A stretch of DNA of 64,000 nucleotides from an uncultured delta proteobacterium (GTDB lineage: Bacteria > Desulfobacterota > Binatia > UBA9968), in assembly GCA_963737905.1 (NCBI GenBank), contig CAVTUQ010000002.1, positions 224,001 to 288,000 on the forward strand, given 5' to 3'. The position numbers and the translations under genes were made by a program. The notes below the pieces were generated by a model that saw only the letters and a program-made list of their open reading frames with translations, did no database searches and had not been told where the DNA came from. Positions within the stretch are counted from its first letter, which is position 1. Each line of letters begins with the position of its first letter. Shown piece after piece: positions 1 to 10,139 of the stretch.

Positions 1-2
1 CC

Positions 3-569
3 GTAGACGGTCAGAAGCAAACCGGAATGGTGTTTCAGGAATTCGCTCTGTTTCCCTGGCGCACGGTTCTGGAAAATATCGTCTTTGGTCCGGAAGTGAG
101 AAGCGTGCCAAGAGTCCAGCGCGAAGCCAATGCTCAGAAACTGATCGAGTTAGTTCATCTGCGGGGCTTTGAGCATCGCTACCCGCACGAGCTGTCAGGC
201 GGCATGCGCCAGAGGGTTGCGCTCGCGCGCGCGCTTGCCAACGATCCCGCCATTTTGCTTTTTGACGAACCGCTCGCTTCACTGGATGCCCAGACCCGCA
301 AGGTGCTGCAAGCAGAGCTCGTGCGCATCTGGCAAGAGACCAAACGGACCTTCATCTATGTGACTCATGGCCTGGACGAGGCGGTCCTGCTCGGTGATCG
401 GGTCGTGCTCTTTACCGCTCGGCCTGGCCGCATCAAAGAAATCGTGCCGGTGCGGCTGCCCAGGCCCCGCAGCATTACGGGCCGCGCCGAAGCCGAACTG
501 CTTGAATACCTTTCGGAGCAAATCCGGGAAGAGGTGGAGCGGTCGTTAAAAGCGGAGGGACTGACGTAA
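3..569 (+). CDS. NitT/TauT-family ABC transporter ATP-binding protein (5' truncated by window edge)
   Basis: Q-loop VFQEFALFPW, signature LSGGMRQRVALARAL, Walker B LLFDEP, H-loop YVTH; frame open back to the window start. Confidence 0.93.
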   Translation, partial: VDGQKQTGMVFQEFALFPWRTVLENIVFGPEVRSVPRVQREANAQKLIELVHLRGFEHRYPHELSGGMRQRVALARALANDPAILLFDEPLASLDAQTRKVLQAELVRIWQETKRTFIYVTHGLDEAVLLGDRVVLFTARPGRIKEIVPVRLPRPRSITGRAEAELLEYLSEQIREEVERSLKAEGLT

Positions 570-571
570 GA

Positions 572-699
572 CAGGCCGCTGAAAAAGACTCATATGCTTC
601 GTTGCGCTCGACCGAATTTCGCGTCAACGTACAAAAAGAGTACGCCTCCGCTCATCGATCTTCGCGCGCCTCGCCTCTGAGGACTTTTTGAGCAACCTG
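572..699. repeat. ~128-bp palindromic intergenic element with imperfect terminal inverted repeats (MITE/REP-like)
   Basis: Left end CAGGCCGCTGAAAAAGACTCA; right end reverse-complements to CAGGTTGCTCAAAAAGTCCTCA; non-coding, between ABC ATPase and permease. Confidence 0.6.
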
Positions 700-802
700 C
701 AATTAAATTTTACTAGAGGAATCGGGCAAGACTGGGGTGAAGGGTGAGAACCAACACTCCAATACTCCATCACTCCAACTGTTTCTTAAGCGGGGGTTTT
801 TT

Positions 803-1555
803 ATGTGGAAACGTTACCGGCCGCTCAGGATCATTTCTCCTATCGTTTTCCTTTTGCTCTGGGAGGGCGCGGTGCGGCTGGGCGATGTCAATCAGCTGAT
901 TATCCCCGCGCCGCTCGCGGTTCTTCGCACCATGATCGACCTGACCCTCGACGGCCGCTTGCCTTGGGCCGTCGCTGTGAGTCTCCAGCGGGTGCTTCAA
1001 GGCTTCATCTACGGCTCACTCCTGGGGATTGGTTTAGGACTTCTGGTGGGATGGTTTCGTGCCGTCGAAGATGCTGTCGACCCCCTTGTTGCCGCCATCT
1101 ACCCGATCCCAAAGTCGGCGCTGTTTCCGCTTTTCATTCTCTGGTTCGGCCTGGGCGAAACCTCCAAGGTCATGACCATCATGATCGGCGTCCTGTTTCT
1201 CGTTCTGATCAACACCGTCACCGGAGTGAAAGCCATCGATCCGGTCCTTCTCAAGGCCGCCCGCGACCTGGGCGCGAACCAACGCCAGATCTTCGCCAAA
1301 GTAGTGATTCCGGGAGCCTTACCCAATATCTTCACCGGCCTCAGGCTGGGAGCCGGTACGGCTTTGATTCTGGTTTTCATCACCGAGATCGAAGCCACTA
1401 AGGCGGGACTCGGATTTTTGCTCTGGGAATCTTATCAGTTGCTTTTGGTGAAGCAGGTGTTCAGTTGTACGATCGCCTTCGGCATTCTCGGGATCCTCGG
1501 CACCTGGCTGCTACAGTGGCTCGAGCGCGTGATGTGTCCGTGGAAACGGGCTTAA
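803..1555 (+). CDS. NitT/TauT-family ABC transporter permease
   Basis: Multiple hydrophobic helices, EAA-like loop LKAARDLGANQRQIFAKVVIPGALP; ATG 803 preferred over GTG 737. Confidence 0.92.
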   Translation: MWKRYRPLRIISPIVFLLLWEGAVRLGDVNQLIIPAPLAVLRTMIDLTLDGRLPWAVAVSLQRVLQGFIYGSLLGIGLGLLVGWFRAVEDAVDPLVAAIYPIPKSALFPLFILWFGLGETSKVMTIMIGVLFLVLINTVTGVKAIDPVLLKAARDLGANQRQIFAKVVIPGALPNIFTGLRLGAGTALILVFITEIEATKAGLGFLLWESYQLLLVKQVFSCTIAFGILGILGTWLLQWLERVMCPWKRA

Positions 1556-1765
1556 AAGGTTTCTGGTTTTAGCTTCAGATCGAAACTGGGAACCCGAAAA
1601 CATAAAGCGATTGAGGCAAAAATACATGAACAAAACATTTCGAATTCGGTTTGGTTCGATTGAGCTTTAGCAGTTACCCTGGCCGCTACGCTACGATCAA
1701 GGAAGCTGTTGAGCCAAACCGCGAGAAGGGAGTATGCTTTCTCGTAAAGACGAGGTGAGCGAGCG

Positions 1766-2074
1766 ATGAAGACGAATCATATCAAAGTCGACCTCCCGAA
1801 GGAGAAGATTGCCGACTTCTGCCGTCGTCATCACATCCGCAAGTTGGCGGTGTTTGGCTCGGCGTTGCGCAAGGACTTTCGCCCCGACAGCGACATGGAC
1901 GTCCTGGTGGAGTTCGATCCGGGTCACACACCTGGGCTGGCATTTTTTGGGATGGAGCAGGAGCTTTCCGAACTGCTGGGACGAAAGGTAGACTTGAACA
2001 CACCGCAGTTTCTAAGTCCTTACTTCCGCGACAAGGTGCTTGCAGAGGCGGAGGTGCAGTATGCCGAGCCATGA
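1766..2074 (+). CDS. Minimal nucleotidyltransferase (MNT/MntA-type antitoxin)
   Basis: GS-x10-DxD motif [25 protein letters not shown] motif, 102 aa, overlaps a HEPN gene. Confidence 0.92.
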   Translation: MKTNHIKVDLPKEKIADFCRRHHIRKLAVFGSALRKDFRPDSDMDVLVEFDPGHTPGLAFFGMEQELSELLGRKVDLNTPQFLSPYFRDKVLAEAEVQYAEP

Positions 2075-2405
2075 CACTAACGTACGGTTACGTCACATGC
2101 TCGATGCTGCGCGCGAGGCGGCGCAAATGGCGCAGGGCAAGACTCGCGCAGATTTGGATACTGACCGTCCGCTCAACCTTTCGTTGGTGCGGTTGCTGGA
2201 AATCGTCGGCGAAGCAGCGAGCCGTGTCCCGGTTAGTGAGCGCGCACAATACTCTGGCATTCCGTGGGTGCAAATCGTCGGCCTGCGCAACCGACTTATC
2301 CACGGCTACGACAACGTGGACTTCGACATTCTCTGGGAAATCGTCACCCAAGACCTTCCACCACTCATTGCAGAACTGGAGAGGATACTATCGTCGGAGC
2401 CGTAG
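2061..2405 (+). CDS. HEPN/DUF86 ribonuclease toxin (HepT-like)
   Basis: R-x4-H motif [16 protein letters not shown] and IPW motifs; overlaps end of MNT gene. Confidence 0.92.
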   Translation: MPSHDTNVRLRHMLDAAREAAQMAQGKTRADLDTDRPLNLSLVRLLEIVGEAASRVPVSERAQYSGIPWVQIVGLRNRLIHGYDNVDFDILWEIVTQDLPPLIAELERILSSEP

Positions 2406-2477
2406 CCAAAACAACTTCGTCAAATACTAACCCGTCAAAACAAAGCAGCGAGCAGCAAGAAACGCGGAAGAAAAGTT

Positions 2478-3473
2478 ATGAGAAAAAAACTCATTGGTCC
2501 TACGCTTGCCGCCATGCTCTTTGCACTTTGCTCCCCCGCCCAGGCGCAGCAGCCGAAGAAAGTCCCGCGGATAGGGTATCTATCCGAGGTCGAACGCAGC
2601 TACCTGACTCCGCCCGTACCGAGGCAATTCGGCTGGCTCTGCGCGAGCGTGGCTACATAGAAGGACAGAACATCGCCATCGAGTACCGATATGCGGAGGG
2701 AAAGCGCGATCGGCTCCCTGAGCTTGCGGCCGAGCTGGTGCGTCTAAAGGTCGATATCATCGTGGTAGGAGGGGACCCGACGATCCAGGCGGCCAAGAAT
2801 GCAACCAAGACGATTCCCATCGTGATGGCGGGCCGTTGGGTCCGATCCTGTTGAGGCAGGCTTCGTTGAAAGCCTTGCTCGTCCCGGCGGCAACGTCACC
2901 GGCTTCACAACCCTTGACACGGAACTAGGCGGAAAGCGGCTGGAGCTGCTCAAAGAAGTCGTTCCTAAACTTTCCCGTGTCGCGGTTCTCTACGATCCGG
3001 CCAATCCGGGCAGTGTACGCGAGGTAAAAGAGCTTCTCCCAGCCGCGGCGCATGCGCTAGAGTTGACTATTCAGCCTTGGGAGATACGAGCTGCGGACGA
3101 TTTCGAGAAGGTATTTGCTGCGCTAAGCAAGCGGCGCCCGGATGGACTCTTTGTGCCCGCGGGGCGCGGTAATGACTGCTAACCAAAAACGGATTGTAGG
3201 ACTTTGCGTTAAAGAGCCGGCTACCGTCGATATACAGCAGCAGAGCATCTGTAGATGCTGGTGGGCTCATGTCCTACGGCGCGGACCTCGCGGACGGCTA
3301 CCGGCGCGTAGCATATTACGTGGACAAAATCCTGAAGGGAGCCAAGCCCGCCGATCTGCCGGTGGAACAGCCGACGAAGTTTGAGCTGGTGATCAATCTG
3401 AAAACGGCTAAGCAGATCGGCATGACAATCCCGCAGACGTTGCTGGTATCGGGCGGACAAAGTAATCAAATAG
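2478..3473 (+). pseudogene. COG2984-type (ABC_sub_bind) substrate-binding protein, several frameshifts
   Basis: Pieces in different frames: signal peptide..[62 protein letters not shown]; may be sequencing error. Confidence 0.85.
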
Positions 3474-3670
3474 CCGTAAGGAGTGAACGGTGAGGAGTGA
3501 GGCGATAAAACGAGCGGCTGCGTTGACACTTATTGAATGACAATGTTACATGCGGCTTGAAGCCCGAGTCGGGCGCGGCATGATTTTTCTAGGGAGTGGT
3601 TCATGAGCTTACGCTCGCCCACAGAGTATGAATATGGAGGGACCCCTTCACACGGTCCTCCCCTCGGCTC

Positions 3671-3746
3671 GTCATTCCCGTGCACGCGGGAATCCAGGTT
3701 TGTTCCCCACCGAGTTAGCCTGGATACCCGCTTTCGCGGGTATGAC
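3671..3746. repeat. REP/RPE-like palindrome (GTCATTCCCG..CGGGAATCCAG / CTGGATACCCG..CGGGTATGAC)
   Basis: Two inverted hairpin units forming a larger inverted repeat; contains ATTCCC-N8-GGGAAT. Confidence 0.7.
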
Positions 3747-3801
3747 GTAATCCAAGTAGCCTCTGCAAATCATCCGGCACGTATTTTCAAAGGAGAAAAC
3801 T

Positions 3802-4797
3802 ATGGCGAGCAGAAAAATAGCGGGCAAAAAACTAGGTTGGGCTTTAGCCGGGGCACTCCTTGTTCTGTTGCCATCCATGGCCCGGGCGCAGTCGGAAACA
3901 GTAAAGTTGGGAGATCTGGCGGCGATCTCTAATGCGCCAATTTACATCGCCATCGAAAAAGGATTTTTCAAGGAGCAGGGCGTTAACACCGAAATATCGA
4001 ATTTTGACTCGGCGGCAAAGATGGTTCCAGCTATGGTTGCGGGAGAGCTTGAAGTATCGGTCGGGTCGGCGAGCGCCGGGCTTTTTAATGCGGTAGCTCA
4101 GCAAGCGCCGTTTCGTATCGTAGCGGACAAGGGCCAGACGCGGGAAGGATACGGCTTTTCACTGTTGGCAGTGCGCAAAGACCTGGTCGATTCGGGACAG
4201 GTCAAAACATTCAGGGACCTCAAAGGAAAAAAGATCGCTATTCTGGCTAAGGGAAACATTCAACATTATCTGGTGGGAAAGATGGCTGAAGAAGTCGGGC
4301 TCACGATCAACGACGTTGAGCTAAGCTTTCTAGGCGCTCCCAATCAGGTGACCGCTTTCGAGACCAAAGCTATCGATGCCGCCTATGCGGTGGAGCCGTG
4401 GGTGGCTCGATTCACCGAGCGCGGTGTGGCGGTGCGGTTTCGCACACCGGATCAGGTAAAAGGCTTGGGGCCTGTCCAGGTCGGCGTGATTATTTATTCC
4501 GGGAAATTCATTAACGAGCGCAGGCCAGTGGCGCAGCGCTGGATGAACGCCTATATCAAGGCAGCCGAGTTGTTCCATACAAAGGGGACAAAAGATCCGG
4601 AGATCACGGCCATTCTGGAAAAATACACAAAGGTTCCGGCCAAAGTTATTCAAGCAGCCATTCCGCCCTATCAAGATCCCAACGGTAGAGTCCTCCGAGA
4701 GAACTTGGCGGATCAAGCCCAGTGGTTTGCCAGCAACGGCATGCAGCAGCAGAAAGTTAGTATTGATAGCGCTTTGGATTTGAGCTTTTTGAAGTGA
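3802..4797 (+). CDS. NitT/TauT (SsuA/THI5-like) ABC substrate-binding protein
   Basis: Signal peptide, APIYIAIEKGFFKEQG, DLKGKKIA, IDAAYAVEPW; AAGGAG RBS. Confidence 0.9.
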   Translation: MASRKIAGKKLGWALAGALLVLLPSMARAQSETVKLGDLAAISNAPIYIAIEKGFFKEQGVNTEISNFDSAAKMVPAMVAGELEVSVGSASAGLFNAVAQQAPFRIVADKGQTREGYGFSLLAVRKDLVDSGQVKTFRDLKGKKIAILAKGNIQHYLVGKMAEEVGLTINDVELSFLGAPNQVTAFETKAIDAAYAVEPWVARFTERGVAVRFRTPDQVKGLGPVQVGVIIYSGKFINERRPVAQRWMNAYIKAAELFHTKGTKDPEITAILEKYTKVPAKVIQAAIPPYQDPNGRVLRENLADQAQWFASNGMQQQKVSIDSALDLSFLK

Positions 4798-4985
4798 CAA
4801 ACTTCCACTCCGATTTTTTTAGCCGCAAAGAACGCAAAGGGCACCAAGTTAAAATCGCGGACAGAAAACTCGACACTCGAAATCTAACACGGTTGCAAAT
4901 GATCAAAGATGAAAAAGAGAGAATGTTCCAAATGAACGTGGAATTCGTAATTGTTTCGGCTTCACATTCGGATTTGTCTTACGGC

Positions 4986-5020
4986 TTGAACGATTTGAAC
5001 GACTTGAACCGCTTGAACGG
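4986..5020 (+). repeat. 9-bp degenerate tandem repeat (TTGAACGAT-like x4)
   Basis: TTGAACGAT TTGAACGAC TTGAACCGC TTGAACGG just upstream of the UbiD gene. Confidence 0.75.
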
Positions 5021-5041
5021 TTCTAATCAAGGAAGTGTCTC

Positions 5042-6430
5042 GTGGCGAAAGACCTAAGAGGTTTTTTAAAAGAACTGGAAGCGGAGGAGCCGGACCAAAT
5101 ACTCCGCGTCAAACGGGAAGTTGATCCGCACTTCGAGGTGACCGGTGTTCTCGCCAAGCTAGAAAAGGAGCGACAATTTCCAGTCGTCATCTTCGAGAAA
5201 GTCAAAGGGTCCACCTTGCCGGTTGTAACCAATGTCCACGCCGATGCTCGGCGCCTGTTCCGAGCCATCGGGCTCAAGAATGCCACCTTGCCGGAATTTA
5301 TCCGTGAATACGCCGCTCGCGAGGATTGTCCCAAGCCGCCGGTCATGGTCAAAGAGGCTCCCGTGCAGGAGGTGGTCCTTGCCGGTAAAGATATCGATGT
5401 AACGCGACTGCCCATTCTGACCTACCACGAGAAAGACGCCGGCCGATATATAACCGCCGGCTTTGGCATCATGCGCGACCCCGACTCGGGCGTCCGCAAT
5501 GCCGGTATTTACCGCCTCATGATTCACTCCAAAGATACCTTCGGCATCCAGCTCTCAGAGACAGCTCACGGCCACTACATTTGGCAGACTTATGAGCGAC
5601 AAAATCGACCCACGCCGATGGCGGTGGCCATCGGCCATCACCCCGCTTTCTATATCGGCTGTCTTTCCTTCACTTCTTTGGAGACGGACGAGTTCTCCGT
5701 GGCGGGCGGAATCATGGGAGAGCCCGTGGAGCTGGTGCGCTGCCGGACATTGGACTTGGAAGTGCCGGCCTATGCCGAGATCGTGTTGGAATGCGAGATT
5801 CTTCCCCAGCTCCGCAAAAAGGAAGCGCCGTTTGGCGAGTATCCGGGAACCTACGGGCCGCAGCGCGACAATCCAGTGGTTCAAGTGAAGGCCATTACGA
5901 TGCGTCGCGACGCCCTGTACCAGTCGAGCTTCGTTGGTCACGCCGATAACTTGCTTCTTTCGGGAATCGTCCGCGCGACGACCATCATGAAGACGGTCAA
6001 GATGGCGTCGCCCAAGGTCCGGGCGGTCCATGTGCCGGCCTCGGGCAGGTGCCGTTTCATTTGTTATGTGTCCATTGAAAAGATTATTGAGGGCGAGCCG
6101 AAGAATGCCGCGATGGCGGCATTCGCGGCCGATCCGTTTCTTAAATACGTCGTCGTGGTCGATCAGGACGTCAACATTTTGAACGACGAGGAAGTCCTCC
6201 ACGCGATCGCCACTCGAGTGCGGGCGGACACGGACATATTCATGGTCACACACGCCAAAGGCTCTCCCCTCGATCCCGCGTCCTATGACCCCGCAGCGGG
6301 GTCCCATCTGGTCACCAAGATGGGAATTGATGCCACCCGGAAGTCGAATTATCCAGAGGAGATCAAAGTCCCGGGCTCCGACGACATCAAGCTGGAAAAT
6401 TACTTCCCCGGCTGGCGCTCGGCGAATTAG
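5042..6430 (+). CDS. UbiD-family (prFMN-dependent) decarboxylase
   Basis: DLRGFL N-terminus, RNAGIYRL, EAPFGEYPGTY, VVVVDQDVNI, KMGIDAT. Confidence 0.93.
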   Translation: MAKDLRGFLKELEAEEPDQILRVKREVDPHFEVTGVLAKLEKERQFPVVIFEKVKGSTLPVVTNVHADARRLFRAIGLKNATLPEFIREYAAREDCPKPPVMVKEAPVQEVVLAGKDIDVTRLPILTYHEKDAGRYITAGFGIMRDPDSGVRNAGIYRLMIHSKDTFGIQLSETAHGHYIWQTYERQNRPTPMAVAIGHHPAFYIGCLSFTSLETDEFSVAGGIMGEPVELVRCRTLDLEVPAYAEIVLECEILPQLRKKEAPFGEYPGTYGPQRDNPVVQVKAITMRRDALYQSSFVGHADNLLLSGIVRATTIMKTVKMASPKVRAVHVPASGRCRFICYVSIEKIIEGEPKNAAMAAFAADPFLKYVVVVDQDVNILNDEEVLHAIATRVRADTDIFMVTHAKGSPLDPASYDPAAGSHLVTKMGIDATRKSNYPEEIKVPGSDDIKLENYFPGWRSAN

Positions 6431-6490
6431 CATGCTTCGACACTCGACTTGGCTCAGCGCAGGTTGCCTCGACTCACCGTCCAAAGCCGT

Positions 6491-9028
6491 TCAGCGCCAG
6501 TTATGCTTCGGATACTTGCGCTGCAATTCCTGTTTGAGTTTCGGATAGGTTTCACGCCAGAAAACCGCCAGGTTCTCAGTTATCTGCACCGGACGGTTAT
6601 TTGGCGCGAGCACCTGAATGCGGACGGCAACGCGGCGTTTGGCAATCCAGAGCCCTTCTTTGATGCCGTACAAATCCTGAATGCGCGCCGCAATCGTCGG
6701 TGCCCCATCGACGGAGTAGACGACCTTCAGTGCGCGGCCGTTGGGCAACCCAATCCGCTCAGGCGCGTGATCTTCTATGCAGGCCTGTTGCTGCCGGGAG
6801 AGCCACGACTTCACGACGGGCAAAACAGGCCGGCCTTTGATTTCGTTGTAACTGATTGCACCATGGCAAATGCGCCGGAGCATAGCATCCCGCTCCTCGG
6901 CTCCGATAGCGGGCAATCCGAGTTCCGGCATCCATTCACGTAACCGATTGATCCGCAGGATCCATTGTTCAACCGATTCGTTCCAGTTATCGAGGGCGCA
7001 GCGGCCGCCGGCAACTTCGCGCGCTAGAATACCGGCCGCTTCCTCAGCCGGCGGACTGTCGGAAAGTCTCTCTTCCAGCACCAGATCTCGAAAGCGCGTC
7101 TCGTTCCGGGCAATGACGCGCCGCAATGTCGGGTCGTAGACCACGGTATGGACTTCCTTGAAGTCAGCGGGGAAAAGTTCGCGCAACCACTCTTCTTTGA
7201 TTGCCGTTGCCAGATTCAGCACGACATTCAAGGCACGGTCCCTGCCGCCGCTTTCCACCTCGCGCACCTCGGAAACGACAAAGAGCGGCGCTTTCACGAC
7301 GCTTTCGCGCGCCAACACACCGCGCCGGCCGTGGACCAGTTCGCAACGCCGCGAGGCCGCGTCCAGACGCTTGGCGAGTTGGTCGGAAAACCCAACCAGC
7401 ACGCAACGCTGCACCGCAGCGTTATCGACAGGCTTCTCGCTGACGTCCAGGCCCTCGGCTGCGGCGATCCGCAAGAATTGCTCGAACAACGGTCCGACCT
7501 GACGCGCCGCCTGCGCGTGAACACCCAGCCGGCGGCAGCGGTCGATGTGGTAGCCATTGCGCTCGGCGTAGCGCCAGGCTTGCATCAGCACAAAAAAATC
7601 CGATTCCATCTCTCTATCGAACGGATCATCGCGCGGCTCGTCAATTGGTTTTTCTCGCGAGCGCGTCAACAAGCCCCGCCCTTGTGTCAGGGCGGCGATC
7701 AACGCGACGGGTCGCACACAACCATAGTCGTGGGCGGCCAGGAACATACGCGCGTAGCGTGGATGCGTCGGAAATGCGAGCATGCGTCGCCCGAGTGCGG
7801 TGATGGCACCCGTCGTGTCGTCAATGGCTCCCAAGTCGGTGAGCAGCGTCTCGGCGCGTTCCAGCATGCGAAGGTCGGGGACCTCCAGCCAGCGAAAAGT
7901 CTTTACGTCGTTCACGCCGCTCGCCTTGAGCGTGAGGATTACCTCCGAGAGATCGAGGCGTTTCACTTCGGAAATTTCCTGGGCGCGGCGCGCGCTCTGG
8001 TCATGGGCCGTCCACAAACGCAAGCAGTGCCCGGGCGCCGTCCGTCCCGCGCGACCTGCCCGCTGGTCGGCTGCGGCGCGGCTGATCTTTTCGACCAGCA
8101 GCGTGTTGATGCCGCGATACGGATCATATCGGGGAATACGCGCCAAACCGCTGTCGATTACCAGGCGAACACCGTCGATGGTGAGCGACGTTTCCGCGAC
8201 GTTGGTGGCGACAACGATTTTGCGCCGGTCATAGCGGGCCACCGCTGCGTCCTGATCCATCGGCGGCAATTCGCCGTGCAACGGAAACACGACGAACCGT
8301 TGGCCGAGGGCGTCGCGCGCCGCCTGCACGGTGCGAGTGATCTCATATGCTCCGGGCATGAAAATGAGCGCGTCGCCTTCGGGATCTTCGCTCACCAAAC
8401 GGTGGAGTTCTCTGACCGCAAGTTCCCAGACGGGCGCGTCACCGGCAGGGTTGGAAAGATATTGGACGGCGACGGGGTAAGTGCGACCTTCCGCCGATAA
8501 CACTGCGCAAGGGTGGAGATACTTCTCCACCGTGGCAACATCCAATGTGGCCGACATGACGACGATGATGAGATCGGGCCGTGTCGATTCCTGGATTTCG
8601 AGCGCGCGGGCCAAGGTGATGTCCCCGTAGAGATGCCGTTCGTGAAATTCGTCGAACAGTATGGCGCTGACACCCTTCAAGCCGGGATCAGCCAGCATCC
8701 GGCGCAGCAGCACGCCTTCGGTGACGTAACAAATCCGTGTGGCGGGAGAGGTGACGTTGTCCAGCCGCATCTGGTAGCCAACTTCACCGCCGAGTTTTGT
8801 CTGTCGAGCTTGCGCGACCCACGCCGCGAGCATCCGTGTTGGCAACCGGCGCGGCTGCAAGACCGTCACCTGGCCATCGCGCAGTAAACCCCCGTCGAGC
8901 AGCATCTGCGGCACTTGGGTTGATTTGCCCGAGCCGGTGGGCGCAGTTAGAACCAACCGCTTCTGCGTGGCCAGGGTTTTGAGTAATGACTGCTCTATTT
9001 CGAGGATAGGTAAATCCGGCTTTCGCAT
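6491..9028 (-). CDS. hrpB: ATP-dependent RNA helicase HrpB
   Basis: APTGSGKST, DEFHER, SAT, ATNVAETSLTIDG, QRAGRAGR, C-terminal ELQRKYPKHNW. Confidence 0.95.
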   Translation of the reverse strand: MRKPDLPILEIEQSLLKTLATQKRLVLTAPTGSGKSTQVPQMLLDGGLLRDGQVTVLQPRRLPTRMLAAWVAQARQTKLGGEVGYQMRLDNVTSPATRICYVTEGVLLRRMLADPGLKGVSAILFDEFHERHLYGDITLARALEIQESTRPDLIIVVMSATLDVATVEKYLHPCAVLSAEGRTYPVAVQYLSNPAGDAPVWELAVRELHRLVSEDPEGDALIFMPGAYEITRTVQAARDALGQRFVVFPLHGELPPMDQDAAVARYDRRKIVVATNVAETSLTIDGVRLVIDSGLARIPRYDPYRGINTLLVEKISRAAADQRAGRAGRTAPGHCLRLWTAHDQSARRAQEISEVKRLDLSEVILTLKASGVNDVKTFRWLEVPDLRMLERAETLLTDLGAIDDTTGAITALGRRMLAFPTHPRYARMFLAAHDYGCVRPVALIAALTQGRGLLTRSREKPIDEPRDDPFDREMESDFFVLMQAWRYAERNGYHIDRCRRLGVHAQAARQVGPLFEQFLRIAAAEGLDVSEKPVDNAAVQRCVLVGFSDQLAKRLDAASRRCELVHGRRGVLARESVVKAPLFVVSEVREVESGGRDRALNVVLNLATAIKEEWLRELFPADFKEVHTVVYDPTLRRVIARNETRFRDLVLEERLSDSPPAEEAAGILAREVAGGRCALDNWNESVEQWILRINRLREWMPELGLPAIGAEERDAMLRRICHGAISYNEIKGRPVLPVVKSWLSRQQQACIEDHAPERIGLPNGRALKVVYSVDGAPTIAARIQDLYGIKEGLWIAKRRVAVRIQVLAPNNRPVQITENLAVFWRETYPKLKQELQRKYPKHNWR

Positions 9029-9219
9029 CGTTTGAGGTTACTTTAACACAATCAAAGAAGACTGAACGTCAACGAAGTCTTGCCCCTGATCCCAAATCAC
9101 CCGCGAGTTGTCTCTAATAAGGGATGGGACAGTGGGAAGTCCTGCTGCACCCGACAAAAAAAAGACGATCAGCGCGGAGGCGCGGGGTGGAATAGGTGTG
9201 GCGATTCCAAGCGACTCCG

Positions 9220-9873
9220 CTATGGAAAGATACGGCGATACACGCCCGGAGATCCGGCGGCCATGGTCATAAGTGCGCGCATGCGTCCGGAGCGGGGAGA
9301 GGAATGTTCCCTTTGATGTGACCAATCGGCGCTCTCGGACACCTTATCGTTCACCAGTTCATAGACGGTTGCGAAGCTGCGATCATCTTCTACTGCGCGG
9401 TAGCGCCGCGCATAGATGACGCCGGGGACTTTAAGATACCCGGGGATATACTCGGTATTGTACCACTCGTTCCATTCGGCATCCGCGCTCTCCGGCAAAG
9501 ACATGCGACCGATCTGAAGGGCGGGCGCCATCCCGCGATCGGGATCTTCCAAGGTGCTTGGAAAAATCTGCCGGCCGACGATTCGCGTCACGTTTTTGCC
9601 GGTCACTCGCGGCGACATACGGTTTTCCCAGGGCGTACGTTTGCGTTTGCCGAATTCCGGGCTTCGAATGGCCTCAACACTCGTGAGTTCATAGACGGCC
9701 ATATATTTCGGACCTCCCCGAGTGGCCACATAACGCGCCGCGTCGAGAAAACCCGGTAAAGTCAGCAGTTCTGGCAAATGCTCGGTGTTGTACCAGGCAT
9801 TAAATTCTTCCTCATGCTTTGGATCAATGAGGTCGGTATAGACTAAAAACAATCCCTCTCCCTTTTTTGCCAT
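9220..9873 (-). CDS. Tandem EthD/DUF4286-like dimeric alpha-beta barrel protein
   Basis: Two repeats of E(F/W)N(A/E)WYNTE(H/Y)xP...PG...A(A/R)RY...(A/T)VYEL; ATG at 9873 with GGAGG RBS. Confidence 0.75.
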   Translation of the reverse strand: MAKKGEGLFLVYTDLIDPKHEEEFNAWYNTEHLPELLTLPGFLDAARYVATRGGPKYMAVYELTSVEAIRSPEFGKRKRTPWENRMSPRVTGKNVTRIVGRQIFPSTLEDPDRGMAPALQIGRMSLPESADAEWNEWYNTEYIPGYLKVPGVIYARRYRAVEDDRSFATVYELVNDKVSESADWSHQREHSSPRSGRMRALMTMAAGSPGVYRRIFP

Positions 9874-10139
9874 GGCGGTCCTCCACCGTTTACCCGTATC
9901 ACAGAACGGCCTCATACGTGAATGTAGAGGGTGAGTGTTCTGAATTCCGTTGACTAAGAAAAGTGGTCCAAAGTTACGGCCGCACCCTTGGCCGGCTAGG
10001 CCAGCGAGATCTCCGACCGTTTGATAGACGTTCACGAACACGAAGAATGAAATCAAGCGGTCGGCCTGCGCGAAGGAACAAGGGCCGAATTCGTTGAATC
10101 TTGAACATGGAACTTTGAATAATGGATTGAGCCGGTGCT

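Noticed and set aside
4986-5020. Short repeats as a possible CRISPR array
   Set aside because: Units are 7-9 bp without unique spacers and no cas genes are present.
7148-8500. 450-aa plus-strand ORF
   Set aside because: Antisense shadow of hrpB in GC-rich DNA; no motifs. Same for 5555-6484 (opposite UbiD) and 10275-11204 (opposite gap).
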